DNA of 64,000 nucleotides from NCBI GenBank assembly GCA_001724265.1, contig MEDY01000100.1, forward strand, positions 1 through 64,000. The letters run 5' to 3'. The notes beneath the pieces are model-generated. The model had not been told where the DNA came from. It worked only from the letters and a program-made list of their open reading frames with translations, and did no database searches. Positions 46,231-57,501 of the stretch are shown one piece after another. Source of the stretch: Rhizaria sp. SCN 62-66 (Eukaryota). Within the stretch, counting starts at the first letter, position 1. Every line of letters starts with the position of its first letter. The position numbers and the translations under genes were made by a program.

Positions 46231-47552
46231 GACTTAAGAGTCGGAACTAACGTAGTGCCGACTACAACAGCAATATGCTAGCATTTTTGTTTCTAATACT
46301 ATCTTTGTTTACTTGTTCTGATTGATATCGTTGAACATTTTTGTTTTTACAATGTTTGTTATAATATTGTAAGCTCGTTCTTTTGTTTGTTTTTTCGCCT
46401 GGTTAGAAAGAGAGAAAGTGTTTCTATATTGATTATTTGATGTTTTGGAAAGCTCAATGCTCCTATTCCGTCTAGTAGTTCTTTTAACTGACAGGTGTTG
46501 CGACAAGTACTTACTTGTACGTTCCAGTCTGTGCCCTTTCCATACGCTTGTGAAGCATCTAAACATACTCTTTTTGAGACGAACAGTTTCAGAGATATCT
46601 TGACGGTTTCCTTTACTTTGCGCACCATTCATATTTTGTTTTGTTTTTGTTTTATTTTCATCACACTTTGGGGTGCAAAACCAAATGAGTGAGTGTGACT
46701 TTGGCAGAATCAACAAAGTTGCAGTTGCTTCACGTGTCACACAGCATTTGGTCTACACCCTCGAATAGTCCTTCGCCCTCGTGACAGGTTGCCTTTTAAT
46801 TTTAACAGTACTCAGCAACAATACACATTTCGTTTCAATTTCTTTACACTGTACGCGCATATGTCACTCACAATTCGGAATCATAGTGGCATTTTGATCT
46901 CAGTTCATCACTGGAAACATTTAATAAATTGTTGATGTATATATTGCTTTGATTTGTTGTACCGTAATAATCCGTATTACATGTGTTCAAAATAAAAATA
47001 AAATTGCAATCGTCACAATTGACTCTCACGACCCAATGTTTTTGTAAGAGCGCATGTGCGCTACGCGCAAAAACGCGCAGATGCAGGCACACATGCCAAG
47101 ACACTGGTGTTTGGCGCCGAAACGCGGCAAAACCATATACACTCAGTGTCATAGCACTCTCCCATATGTCGACTCGTCTTTAGGTGTCGGCATGTCCCCT
47201 ATTTCTTTTGTTTTGTTCTCACCGACTAGACAGATGAAGAAGATTTCTTAAACCGCCTCTCGGTGTTCATTTTTGCTAAATATTCTTATGACTTTGTTTA
47301 AAGCTGTAAACAAAGGCAACGGCAACGGCAACGACACTTCCCACTTATCACGATAAAATCTGACGCATACGAGTTTTCGCACTCATTTGCATCTTCAGCA
47401 CGCAACAAGTGACAAGCGCCGACTGACATAACTTATGTTCTACTTTCTCACCACTCATTATCCAAGCACCAATGACAAATCCCGCAAACACGACTGCGCT
47501 CAAGGACTATGTGCAAGGGCTTGGCCTATGATGTGTTGGGTCGAGCGCTCGC

Positions 47553-48530
47553 TTAGAGACTGACGCCGTAGAACTTCTTGACGATGTCGGTGGCGGACTG
47601 CGCGAGCTCCTTGGCGTTGTCCTTGGTGACGGGGCCGGGGGCGTCGGCGAGGCCCAGGCGCGCGTCATGCTTGGCCTCGGCGGGGGTCGCGTAGGCCCAT
47701 TCGGCCCAGCGGCCGAAGGTGCGCATGTTAGCGCCGCCCTCGCGCGTGTAGAAGTCGGTGTGCTTGCCCGCGAGGTCAGTCTTGACGTCGCGGTAGAAGG
47801 GCACGGTGACCGATCCCGCCGCGGGGGGCAGCGGGAAGCGCGGCGCAGCCTCGAGCAGCATCTGGTTGGGGAAGGCGGGCAGGTACTCGCCGGTGTTGGC
47901 CTTGGCCTCGGCGTAGTGCTCGGGCGCAAAGGCAGAGTTGGGGTGCGCCGTCTCGGCTTTGTCGATCGCGAAGGCGACGAGCGACGAGCGCACGTTCGCG
48001 GCAGTCTCGTTGTTGCGGTAGACAATGGAGAAGGCGCCCGCGGTGATGACAGCGGCGGCGAGCGTGGTGGCGAGCGGGCCGATGGAGGACGCGGGGAGGC
48101 CCTTGGAGACGCGGAAGGAGAAGAGCGAGTTGATGCAGCGCGCGCCGATGTACGAGATGGCGGACGCGACACCACCGGAGAAGAAGGCCGTGGTGAGGAG
48201 GTTGGCGGCACCGGCCTTGCGGGCGATGCTCTCGTTGAAGCCGGCGGCGGCGTAGACGGACTTGGCCTTGTGGGCCGAGTAGGCCGCGGCGGCGAGTGAT
48301 ACGGCAGAGGACGTGCGGAGAGTGAGGCCGGAGCCCATGAAGCGCGTCAGACGGGAGGGATCAACGGTCAGAGCGCGGCAGACAAAGGGCATGATGTAGG
48401 TCAGGGTGAGGAGGTTGTTGCCGTGGGCAGAGGCGACGAGGCGGATGGCCGCGGCCTGGGTGTCGGCATCGCACTCGACCTGCTTGGGCTTGAACAGACG
48501 ACGCAGAGACGCATCGGAGAAGAACTCCAT
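47553..48530 (-). CDS. Hypothetical, probably membrane protein, 325 aa
   Basis: Clean ORF with strong C-ending codon bias, several hydrophobic Ala/Gly/Ser-rich segments, acceptor-like CTCTCCATAG 9 nt before the ATG, ends TAA. No family recognised. Confidence 0.75.
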   Translation of the reverse strand: MEFFSDASLRRLFKPKQVECDADTQAAAIRLVASAHGNNLLTLTYIMPFVCRALTVDPSRLTRFMGSGLTLRTSSAVSLAAAAYSAHKAKSVYAAAGFNESIARKAGAANLLTTAFFSGGVASAISYIGARCINSLFSFRVSKGLPASSIGPLATTLAAAVITAGAFSIVYRNNETAANVRSSLVAFAIDKAETAHPNSAFAPEHYAEAKANTGEYLPAFPNQMLLEAAPRFPLPPAAGSVTVPFYRDVKTDLAGKHTDFYTREGGANMRTFGRWAEWAYATPAEAKHDARLGLADAPGPVTKDNAKELAQSATDIVKKFYGVSL

Positions 48531-49319
48531 ATTCCGTGTCTATGGAGAGTATGTCGTGAAGTGTTCGTAGGTGGTGCGGAGAAGCGTGTTGAGATGTTAG
48601 TGCGCGTGGCGGTGGAGCAGAGGAGAACATGGCGAAGGTAAGGGAGCGGTGAGCGAGCGAAGAGCCGGTAAAAGAGAGGATCATATGGATGGCAGAGTGA
48701 GTGCGTGTAAATGTGGAGCGAGCACGTATATAAACTCACTACTGATACGTCCTCTCATACGACTATAAGGCCCTATAGAGCCCGAGAAGTCCTTCTCTGA
48801 GGGGCTCGGACGGCAGGCGAGTGCAACGTAGGACGACCGTGAAGACGAGTCTGCTGCCAGAGAGGATATCAGCTAGTAGTCAACGTCAACAAAATAGCAG
48901 ACGTGATATATCAAACATGGACACATTAGCTACCCCATTCCCAAACAAAAAGCATAAACAAGAACACCCTTATCCCGAACGAACCCGTTCTAGAGCGTCT
49001 TCTTTGTGGGCCAACGCAGACCGCTGGGAGTGTTGGGGTCGCTGCCAGTCACCGGTCTGACCGGCCGACCGAGACCGGTCCCAGTCCCGGTCAGTCAGCC
49101 AGTCAGTCGTCTCGCCAGTCGGACCGAAGTCAAGCCGCGCCGAAAGTCAAGTCGGATTTGGGGGCTCGAAACTCCCAACACGAGGCGATTCGTGAGCGGC
49201 AAGAAAGGAGAGACTTGTGACTCGTGGACTCCGCTAAGGCGGATATTGCAGATGTATTCGGGAGGCTTGCACTGGCTCACACCCCATATTTTATTATTTC
49301 TTCCTACGACAGAACGCGT

Positions 49320-51563
49320 ATGTCTGACGTCGAGACGAACCCTGAGGTCAACACTGCCACCGAGCAGACCACCCCCGAGGCTGCCCCTGCCGCTGCCGAG
49401 ACCCCCGTCCGTACGTTCCCGTCCGCGCTGATTCCCTCGTGAACCGCGTCTTAACGCTTCTTCCTTGCTTTCTATACCGCGTATCCACTTCTGCAAGCTT
49501 ATATCACCGCAAACACGTTGTTGCAGAGCCCGCTTTGCCTTGAACACGCGCCGCCTCGTGCCGGGTCTTGACACGCGGGCACGCGCGCGCTTTCATCGCG
49601 CGCCGTTCTCTGCTGCACTTGATTATCAATCGCAAACAACACTCTCGACATATCCCGGCCTCTATGCTGCCATTTACTGCATCTCAGCGATTGCAACACG
49701 AACAAAACAACTCTCTATGCATCTGCACGCCGCCCCTTCGCATGCCATACCCGCTCTCGCTCATCCACCCCTTGCTCGCACGCTGTCCGCTCGCTCGCCC
49801 TTATCGCCCTCTCTCTCTGATGATCCGTTGTGCTCTGCCTGACTCCCTCTTTGCTATCACACACACAACCACGCATGCGTCCTTGCTTTTGTCTCTCGTA
49901 CTGACTTGCCTCCTCGTTTCATGCTCCTTTGCAACACGAACAACACACACGTACAGTTTCCGAGATCAAGGCCGCTGCTCTTCAGAAGAAGGCTGTGCAG
50001 CTCGGTGGCGGCGCCGTCGGCTGCGTCATCTGCGAGAAGCGCTCCTACCCCGCCGAGACGGTGTACTTCGACCAGGTTCCCTACCACGTCGAGTGCTTCA
50101 AGTGCTACAAGTGCACTCAGAAGATCCAGGGCACTGTCGACGCCGCCCAGTACGAGCACAACCTCTACTGCCGCCGCTGCTTCACCAACTCCGGCTTCAA
50201 CCGCCTCCAGGCGCAGGTCAAGTGGACCCCCAAGACCAACTCCGGCTCGTCCACTGCCACCAACGCCGCCTTCGCCAACCTCGGCGGCGGCTCCACCCCT
50301 TGCCACTCCTGCTCTAAGCCCTGCTACCCGGCCGAGACCGTGTCCTTCGAGGGCAACCGCTACCACGGCGACTGCATTGCCTGCTCCGAGTGCTCGACCA
50401 AGTGCACCGTGAACCAGATCAACCAGTTCGACAACAAGCTCTACTGCGGCAAGTGCTGGAACAACGGCAACTATGCCCAGAAGCAGATTGCCAACCGCAA
50501 CCCCTCTGGCCCCAAGTCCGGCAACTACTCCGCCGTCACCCTCAAGCTCGGCGGCGGCTCCACTCCTTGCGCGTCCTGCGAGAAGCCCTGCTACCCCGCT
50601 GAGACCGTTTCGTTCGAGGGCAAGCGCTACCACGGCGACTGCATTGCCTGCTCCGAGTGCTCCACGAAGTGCACTGTCAACCAGATCTCTCAGTTCGAGG
50701 GCAAGCTTTTCTGCGGCAAGTGCTGGCACCACGGCAACTATGCCCAGAAGCAGCTCGCGGCCCGCAAGGACAACCCTGCCGGCGGCGCCAAGTCGGGCAA
50801 CTACAACGCCATCGCGCTCAAGCTCGGCGGCGGCTCCACGCCCTGCCACTCGTGCGAGAAGCCGTGCTATCCCGCTGAGACTGTGTCCTTCGAGGGCAAC
50901 CGCTACCACGGTGACTGTATCGCGTGCTCCGAGTGCTCCACGAAGTGCACCGTGAACCAGATCAACCAGTTCGAGAACAAGCTCTACTGCGGCAAGTGCT
51001 GGACTCAGGGCAACTTTGCGCAGAAGCAGGTTGCTTCCCGCACCGCCACCAAGGGCACCTACAACGCTATTGCGCTCAAGCTCGGCGGCGGCTCCAACCC
51101 CTGCACTGCGTGCCAGAAGCCCTGCTACCCGGCCGAGACTGTTTCGTTCGAGGGTAACCGCTACCACGGTGACTGCATTGCCTGCTCCGAGTGCTCTGTC
51201 AAGACGACTGTGAACAACATCAACAAGTTCGACGACAAGCTCTTCTGCGGCAAGTGCTGGACTCAGGGCAACTACGCCACCAAGCAGCGCGACGTCAAGT
51301 GGGAGAAGAAGGAGACCAACGGCGCCGTCAACCCCATCGCGGCCAAGCTTGGCGGCGGCGGCACCAAGTGCTGCATCTGCACCAAGACGTGCTACCCCGC
51401 CGAGACGCTCAACTACGAGGGCAACCCCTACCACGCACAGTGCTTCAACTGCAAGCACTGCGGCATCCGCATCTCTGCCGTGGCCCAGGCCCAGCACAAG
51501 CGCGGCGACGTCTATTGCGCCAAGTGCTTCCAGGAGCTCGGCCTCTGGCGCCCTGATGCCTAA
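49320..51563 (+). CDS. Six-LIM-domain protein (CRP/MLP-like, probably actin-cytoskeletal), about 565 aa
   Basis: Exons 49320-49410 and 49957-51563 (phase 1 intron GTACGT...GTACAG). Six CxxC...YPAE...HxxCxxCxxC...CxxC units, each preceded by LGGG. Strong codon bias. Confidence 0.9.
50280..51290 (+). repeat. Four near-identical tandem LIM-coding units of about 260-270 nt
   Basis: The core KPCYPAETVSFEG(N/K)RYHGDCIACSECS recurs four times, differing mainly at synonymous sites. Confidence 0.85.
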
Positions 51564-52963
51564 GTAAAACGCGCATTAGAGCAGCAGTTGCACTTAGCTA
51601 GGGATCGTACCGTGCGACGACAGCACGCGCATTACAGCAAAAGCACGTCTGGTGAGCGAACTTTTCTCGTACCCTCCTGCTTCGCTTTTTGCTTGTTACT
51701 GTTGTTCGTCTTGATTTCTTCTCTTTTTGTCTCTCGTTGTTTTTCGTGTCTTTTTTGTCATGTCCTTGTAACTTCTTGTCTTTTCTTTTAATCACACAAA
51801 TATCATACCAACCATAATAGTTCTCAAACTACATAACTAAACAATACCTTCTTATAATTGTCTTTTTCACCATGTGTGTGTTGTCATGTCGTCACTGCCT
51901 GCATTACCGTCATGTTCTTCATTGCTGTCTTCGCTGTACTACAGTCAGACTGTGCTCTTTGTGGTTGCCATTGTCTTATGAGTTTGTTTCTCCTGTGCTG
52001 TTCGTGTGAAGTGTTAGTATTCGTGTGTCTGTGTGTTAGTGTGTTTTCCTTTTCGCACGCACGCGTCACCTTTGTACAGTTCAAAACTTACTCACTTCAC
52101 CACACATGACACATTGAAGCATGCCATAATTCGTTCACAACATTAACATTCAAAGCGCGAAAAACTGTGTTGCCGTCGACGACGATGGGTCCTGTGCTAG
52201 TATCACAAAGTGCTGGTTGTGGCATGTGGCAGCGCGCTGGTGTGCGCACTATGACGTGCTTACATCGACACACGCACGCAGACTGGCATGTGTGCTCTGT
52301 TGGCGTGCGCGAGGTTGTGATTTTTATACCCACAATACAAATCTAAGAATATAAACTTTGTAACATTGAGCTTGTAACATTGAGCTTCAATTAATCGGCC
52401 TTAAACGGTGTGCGATTTCAATTGATTGCTTTGTATTGAAACTCGTAAGTACGGGTTGTTGATGTACTTACGGATGTATAGCATGACTTATATAATCAGA
52501 AAGTGTTCTGCTGCGGCCTCAGTACGTACAGATCAGGTAACACGTCCGAGCGCAGCAACAACCGTTAAGCTCACACATCAGAAGCAACGAAGCAAAACAG
52601 GAGCATAGGTAACCATGTGAATTATACATACACATAAAGGTAGAAACAGGATAATATAGAACAAAGTGTACAGTGGTATTGTTGCGGTTAACAGAAATTA
52701 CTCGAGTCTTAACACAGAAACAAAGTAAAACAAGAAAACAGACATGATCGAAAGAGTTCAAATACTGAGGATTCAAACAAAGTAGGGCAGTAGAGTACAT
52801 CGCGAGACAAAGGCGATGATGGACGTCTCCGTGTAATTATGATACAAAATAAATAAAGAAATGAATGAAAGAAAAATCCATCATGGAGAGAGCCCATGCC
52901 TTTGAACTCGCATCGCGAGCTGCAGCTACGCTCGGTCGGAGACGAGGGATGTCGCTGACTCCC

Positions 52964-53992
52964 TCACTGTTGCTGATGCTGGAAGTTCGCCGGCTGCTTG
53001 GGCATCGACCGCAGCAGCGCGTGCAGCCCGCTGCCGGCCTGGTAGCCCGCTCTGCTGCTGCCCACACTGGCGTTGTGGGCGCCGCCGTTGGTGTTCGCGG
53101 ACGAGCCGTTCCCGCCGCCGCTGACGTAGCTGCTGCCCGCGCCATCGTTGATGTTCTCGGCGACGGCCGCGAGCGGCGAGGTGGAAGTGTCGGCGGAGAA
53201 GGAGGGCGTCGCACCGGCCATGCCGAGGGTCATGTTGACCATCGACATCGGCGTCGCCACAATGCCGCCGCCGCCGCCACCGCCGCCGCCGCTGAGAGCA
53301 CCGCTGCCAACGCTGCCAACGCTGACCGTGCTCACGCCGCCGCCAGAGGCGGAGCGCTGCCAGCCCGGCTGCGGCAGTGCCAGATTGCTGCCGCCGGCGC
53401 TATTGGCACCGACAGGACCGGCCGCGATCACGGAGACACCGAAGTTCCCCGCGGCAGGATTATTCCCACTGACGCCGGTGTTGTTGGCCGTGGGCGTGCC
53501 CGGCGCGGCGACGGAGACGTGGTACTGGCTGTGTGCGCGGCTCGTAGAGCCCGGGGTCTGCGGCCGGTACTGCGGCTGCGGCGTCTGACGACCGCTCTGC
53601 AACTGTTGCTGATGCTGTTGCTGTTGCAACTGCTGCTGCTGGTACAGATACTGCTGCTGCTGCTGCATTTGTTGCTGAGCAAGCATGCTCTGGCTCAGCT
53701 GGCTCTGAGCCTGGCTCTGGCTCTGATGCGGGTGCTGGTACAGATACGCGGTGTCGGCTTGGCTAACGTCGAAGCCGCCGCTCACACTAGGATTATACCC
53801 ATGCTGCATCATCATCTGCTGCTGATACTGCTGCTGTTGAGGCTGCATCGAGCGCGCCGGGGAGCCCACAGTCATGTAGCTACGCGCCACACTCCCGTTG
53901 ACCGCGTTGCCGTTGTAGCTCATGTTCCCGCCGCTGACGTTCATGTGACTGTGCGTGTTGACGTTGTAGCTCATCGGGCCCCGCGCCATCAC

Positions 53993-54025
<33 letters not shown>

Positions 54026-56770
54026 ATAGTGGCTCTGCGCAAGCGTGGGCCCGTGGTGCCCCGCCGAGGCCGGCAGCAGCACGGGCGACATGCCGCGCGC
54101 AAGTCCCAGCCCGACGCTGTTGTTCCCAGCGCCACCGCCGACGTTGAGGCGATTGGGCATCGGCATCGCGCGTGGCGTCGACGCCCCTGACGCCGTCACA
54201 GACCCGCGGCGACTGCCCGCGCCGCCGCCGCCGCCGGCGGCAGTGGCGCTGCGCTGCTGCGGCTGCTGCGATTGGGGTTGCGACTGCCCGTTGCGCGATG
54301 AGTACTCGGACCCCGTGTCCGAGTCCGACGAGAGCTCCAGCACCTCGCCGCCCCTGAGCACGAGGAAGGACGCCGAGGGCGTCTTGGGCGGCGACTGGCC
54401 GCGCTGGCCGTGGCCGCCCTGCGGCGGGCCCGCCGCGTGAGCGTTCTTGGGGTTGTAAGTGGCCGGGATGGTCCCGGGCGCGGGCGCGGGCGCGGTGCTG
54501 CCGCTTGTGCTGCCGTTGTGAGTGACCGCGGGCGTGCTGGCGGTGGTGTAGGGTGACGGCGTCGCGCGGCCGGAGACGCCGCGGTGCAGGCTCTGCGGCT
54601 GCAGCATGCCCTGTTGCTGCTGTTGCTGCTGGTAGTGCTGTGGAGTCGTATGCGTGCGATACTGCTGCTGTCCCTGCTGCTGCTGCTGCTGCTGCTGCGG
54701 CAGCGGCGCCTGGCCCTGATGCTGTTGCTGCTGCATCGCTGCGAGCGACGGCGTCGACACATACGACACCAACGGCACGTACGACCCCGCGCGCGAGGCC
54801 GGCCGCGACGGGCCCCGGGACTCGAGCCCGCCGCCGCCGGTCACGCCCACCACGCTACTATGGGTCGGGCCGGGGGTGCCGGGCACTGCGCCGCCGCCGT
54901 GGCCCTGGCCCTGACTGAAGCTGTGAGTGTTGGGAAGCATGCGGGGCGTCTGTGGGGCGCTGAGGTCGCCGGGGCGGCGCTGCTGACCCTTAGACTGCTG
55001 GCCGCCAGCGCCGCCAGCGACTGCGCCAGCAGCACTGGCGGTCGTGGTGTTAAACGTAGCCGAGCCGGACAGCGTGAACACGCCGCCACCGCTGTTGTTG
55101 GCGTTGACGTTGCTGTTGGCGCCGATGGTGCTGCTGCGCGACAGGGGGGCAGCGCCGCCGTTGTTGGCGTTACTGGGGTTATTGAGAGCGAACGTGCTGG
55201 TAGAGCGGTCCAGCAGCGTCGACGCGCCCTGCCGAGGCGTGCTCGGCGGCACGCCTGACCCACCGGTACTGGCGCTACTGCTGTTCCCGCCCGAAGCCGT
55301 GACCGCTGAGAAGCCGAAGAAGCGGTCTGCGAGCACGCTTTCGCCGGCGAGCGTGCTGGCAACTGTGGGCGCGGCGGTCGGCCGGTCGCCCATCAGCAGC
55401 GTGCCCGCGCGGCTGCGCGTGACCGCGGCCGCTGCAGCGTCGCCAGAGCAGTCGCCGGCGTAGACGTCGGCGCCGATGCTCGTTTGCGTGCGGGAAAGCA
55501 GCCCGGGGGTGCGCGCAACGCTGCGGTCAATGCCGCCGCCGACAGCGTTACCGTTACCGTTGTTATTCAAGGCTGCGACGGCGTTGGGGTCGTCGGTGAA
55601 CTCGTGGTAGTCGCCCTTGTTGTTCGTTGCGAGCTCTCCAGCCCCGTCGCCGTAGTCGTACTCGTAGCCGTATGCGTTGCTGTGCGCCGCAGCGTAGGCG
55701 TGCGCAGCGCCGGCAGCCGCGGCGGCCGCGATGGCGGCGTCGTCGTTGCCGCCGCCGCCGTTGATGCCATCGGAAGGCTCATCGGCGCTGTCGCCGCAGC
55801 AGGAGACACAGCAAGCGACCCAGGTGCGGACGCGGAAGAAGCGTACACAGGGGCAGCAGCCGGCAATCTTGGCGTAGTTTTTCATGCAGAAACCGAGCAG
55901 GCAGTAGATGGCCATGAGGAGCGCGCCCGAGGTGAGGAAGATGGCGCTCTGCCGCAGCGAGCGGCGGTGGCGTTTCTCGTCGACGGCGAACGAGTCGGCG
56001 TCCTGCAGCGACACGCGTGCCACGTCGACGCTGGGGGACATGCGGTGGAAGCAGGGGAAGAAGCTGCCGACGCTGTAGGTCGCGGTGCACACGGCCTCAG
56101 CGGCCTCGATGGTCAGGTTCGCCGTGACCACCGTGGGCGCGAACACAGGCGGCTCAGCGGGCCCAGCGGGTGCAGTGAGCAGACCGGAGCGAGCGCTTGT
56201 GGGAGAGTTTGAGCTGTAGGTCGACAAATGCGCATCAGTAATGCTTAGCTGGCCTGCATGCTCCTGCTGTCGCCCGTGTTGTTGACCCTTTTGCTGTGGG
56301 TCGACAGCGGTGGGGTCACCAACAGTGATGTCGACCGCAGTCGCGGTGAGCGTCGAGGGCGTAAAAGAGAAGTCGACGAGGACGCGGCACACGTCGCAGT
56401 GGAAGTCCTCGCGGCACGGATGGTAGTAGTCGACCTTGCGTGCGGTGCACACGACCTCGCGCCAGAGGCCCGGGTGCGGGTCAGGCACCGAGGTGAACTG
56501 GAACACGCCCATGGCGATCATCACGAACGAGGCGATCAGCAGCAGCAGCACCTTGGAGCCAATCCAGGCGCGAATTGAGTGGCAACTGCAGCCGCCCGAG
56601 CGCTTGCGCGCCTTGGTGGGCCTCTTGGTGCCCGCGGCGTGAGCTGTGGCGCCCAGGCTGGACTGGGGGCGCGAATGCGAGTGTGCGTGCGAGCTAGCGT
56701 ACGAGAGCGACTGCGAGCGAGAGACGCCGGCGCCGCTAGAGGAGGACGAGCGGCCGCCGGAGTGGGGCAT
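52964..56770 (-). CDS. Two-TM protein with a Cys-rich loop and a long Q/G/S-rich disordered C-tail, about 1268 aa
   Basis: TM1 VLLLLIASFVMIAMGVFQF; loop WREVVC...HPCREDFHCDVCRVLVDF...CTATYSVGSFFPCF; TM2 AIFLTSGALLMAIYCLLGFC followed by Cys clusters (GCCPC, CCVSCC); polyQ tracts; ends TGA. First ATG at 56770. Confidence 0.75.
53590..54735 (-). repeat. Several coding (CAG/CAA)n polyQ tracts
   Basis: (TGC)n/(TGT) runs on the + strand at about 53600-53680, 53810-53840 and 54610-54735. Confidence 0.8.
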
Positions 56771-57501
56771 GGCTGCTGTTGCTACGCTCTGCGCTGCTCT
56801 CAGCACGGCTCGGGGCTGTCTGTTTCGGCGCGGCTCTGCTTCGCTCCAGCAAGCGGCTAAGCGTTAAATCTCAGAGGTTGAAGTAGAAAGGTCAGATTCG
56901 ACCGTGGAGAACTGCTATAAAAGCGTTGTGGATATTTTGTGGTATGTGGTGTGTGAGGGAAGTGTGGATTCGTATTGACGATCATGGTGGTGTGAGAATG
57001 AGGTCGAAAGATAGCCCCCACCAGTCTCCAGATCGCTACGTCTCTCCACGCAGTCCCCCCAGTCTGCCACTCGACCATGTCACGAGGCGATACACGAAAA
57101 AATACTTCAGGGGGCAAACATATCCAAACGCGTTCAAACTCTTGATATGCCATAATATGCATAGTAAATCGCACTTTATTAAGTTCACATATGATGACTT
57201 GTTTCTATTAAGTCCTTTTATTACTCCGTTTTGAAGTTCACCGAGCGGGTGAGGCCACTTGAAAACTGCCTCACGACAGCACAAATCAGACATAACAATG
57301 CAAAAGCACTGAATAATATAGAAATAAGATAGATGACAAAGATTAGTTTATATAACGCGTCATATCTTTTGAAATGTAGAACAGATGGCCCATTGTACAT
57401 GGCCCTCAGGGTCCTCTCGCTGACCCTCGTCAGGAGATAAGATCGGCATCTTTCTTTCTCATAGCTGTGCTGTTGCGCGACTGCATTCCCTCACTGCATG
57501 C

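Noticed and set aside
46231-47552. tRNA (including a CUA suppressor) or other ncRNA in the intergenic gaps
   Set aside because: No cloverleaf with T-loop/D-loop consensus recognised by eye here or in other gaps; a covariance search would be needed to exclude one.
48778-48807. Small hairpin GAGCCC-GAGAAG..CTTCTC..GGGCTC in the divergent promoter
   Set aside because: Short and imperfect; no RNA-gene features.
50280-51290. CRISPR-like or satellite array
   Set aside because: The units are in-frame LIM-domain repeats with synonymous variation, not repeat-spacer structure.
52358-52387. 14-nt tandem duplication TTGTAACATTGAGC x2
   Set aside because: Simple slippage duplication in AT-rich intergenic DNA; no associated element.
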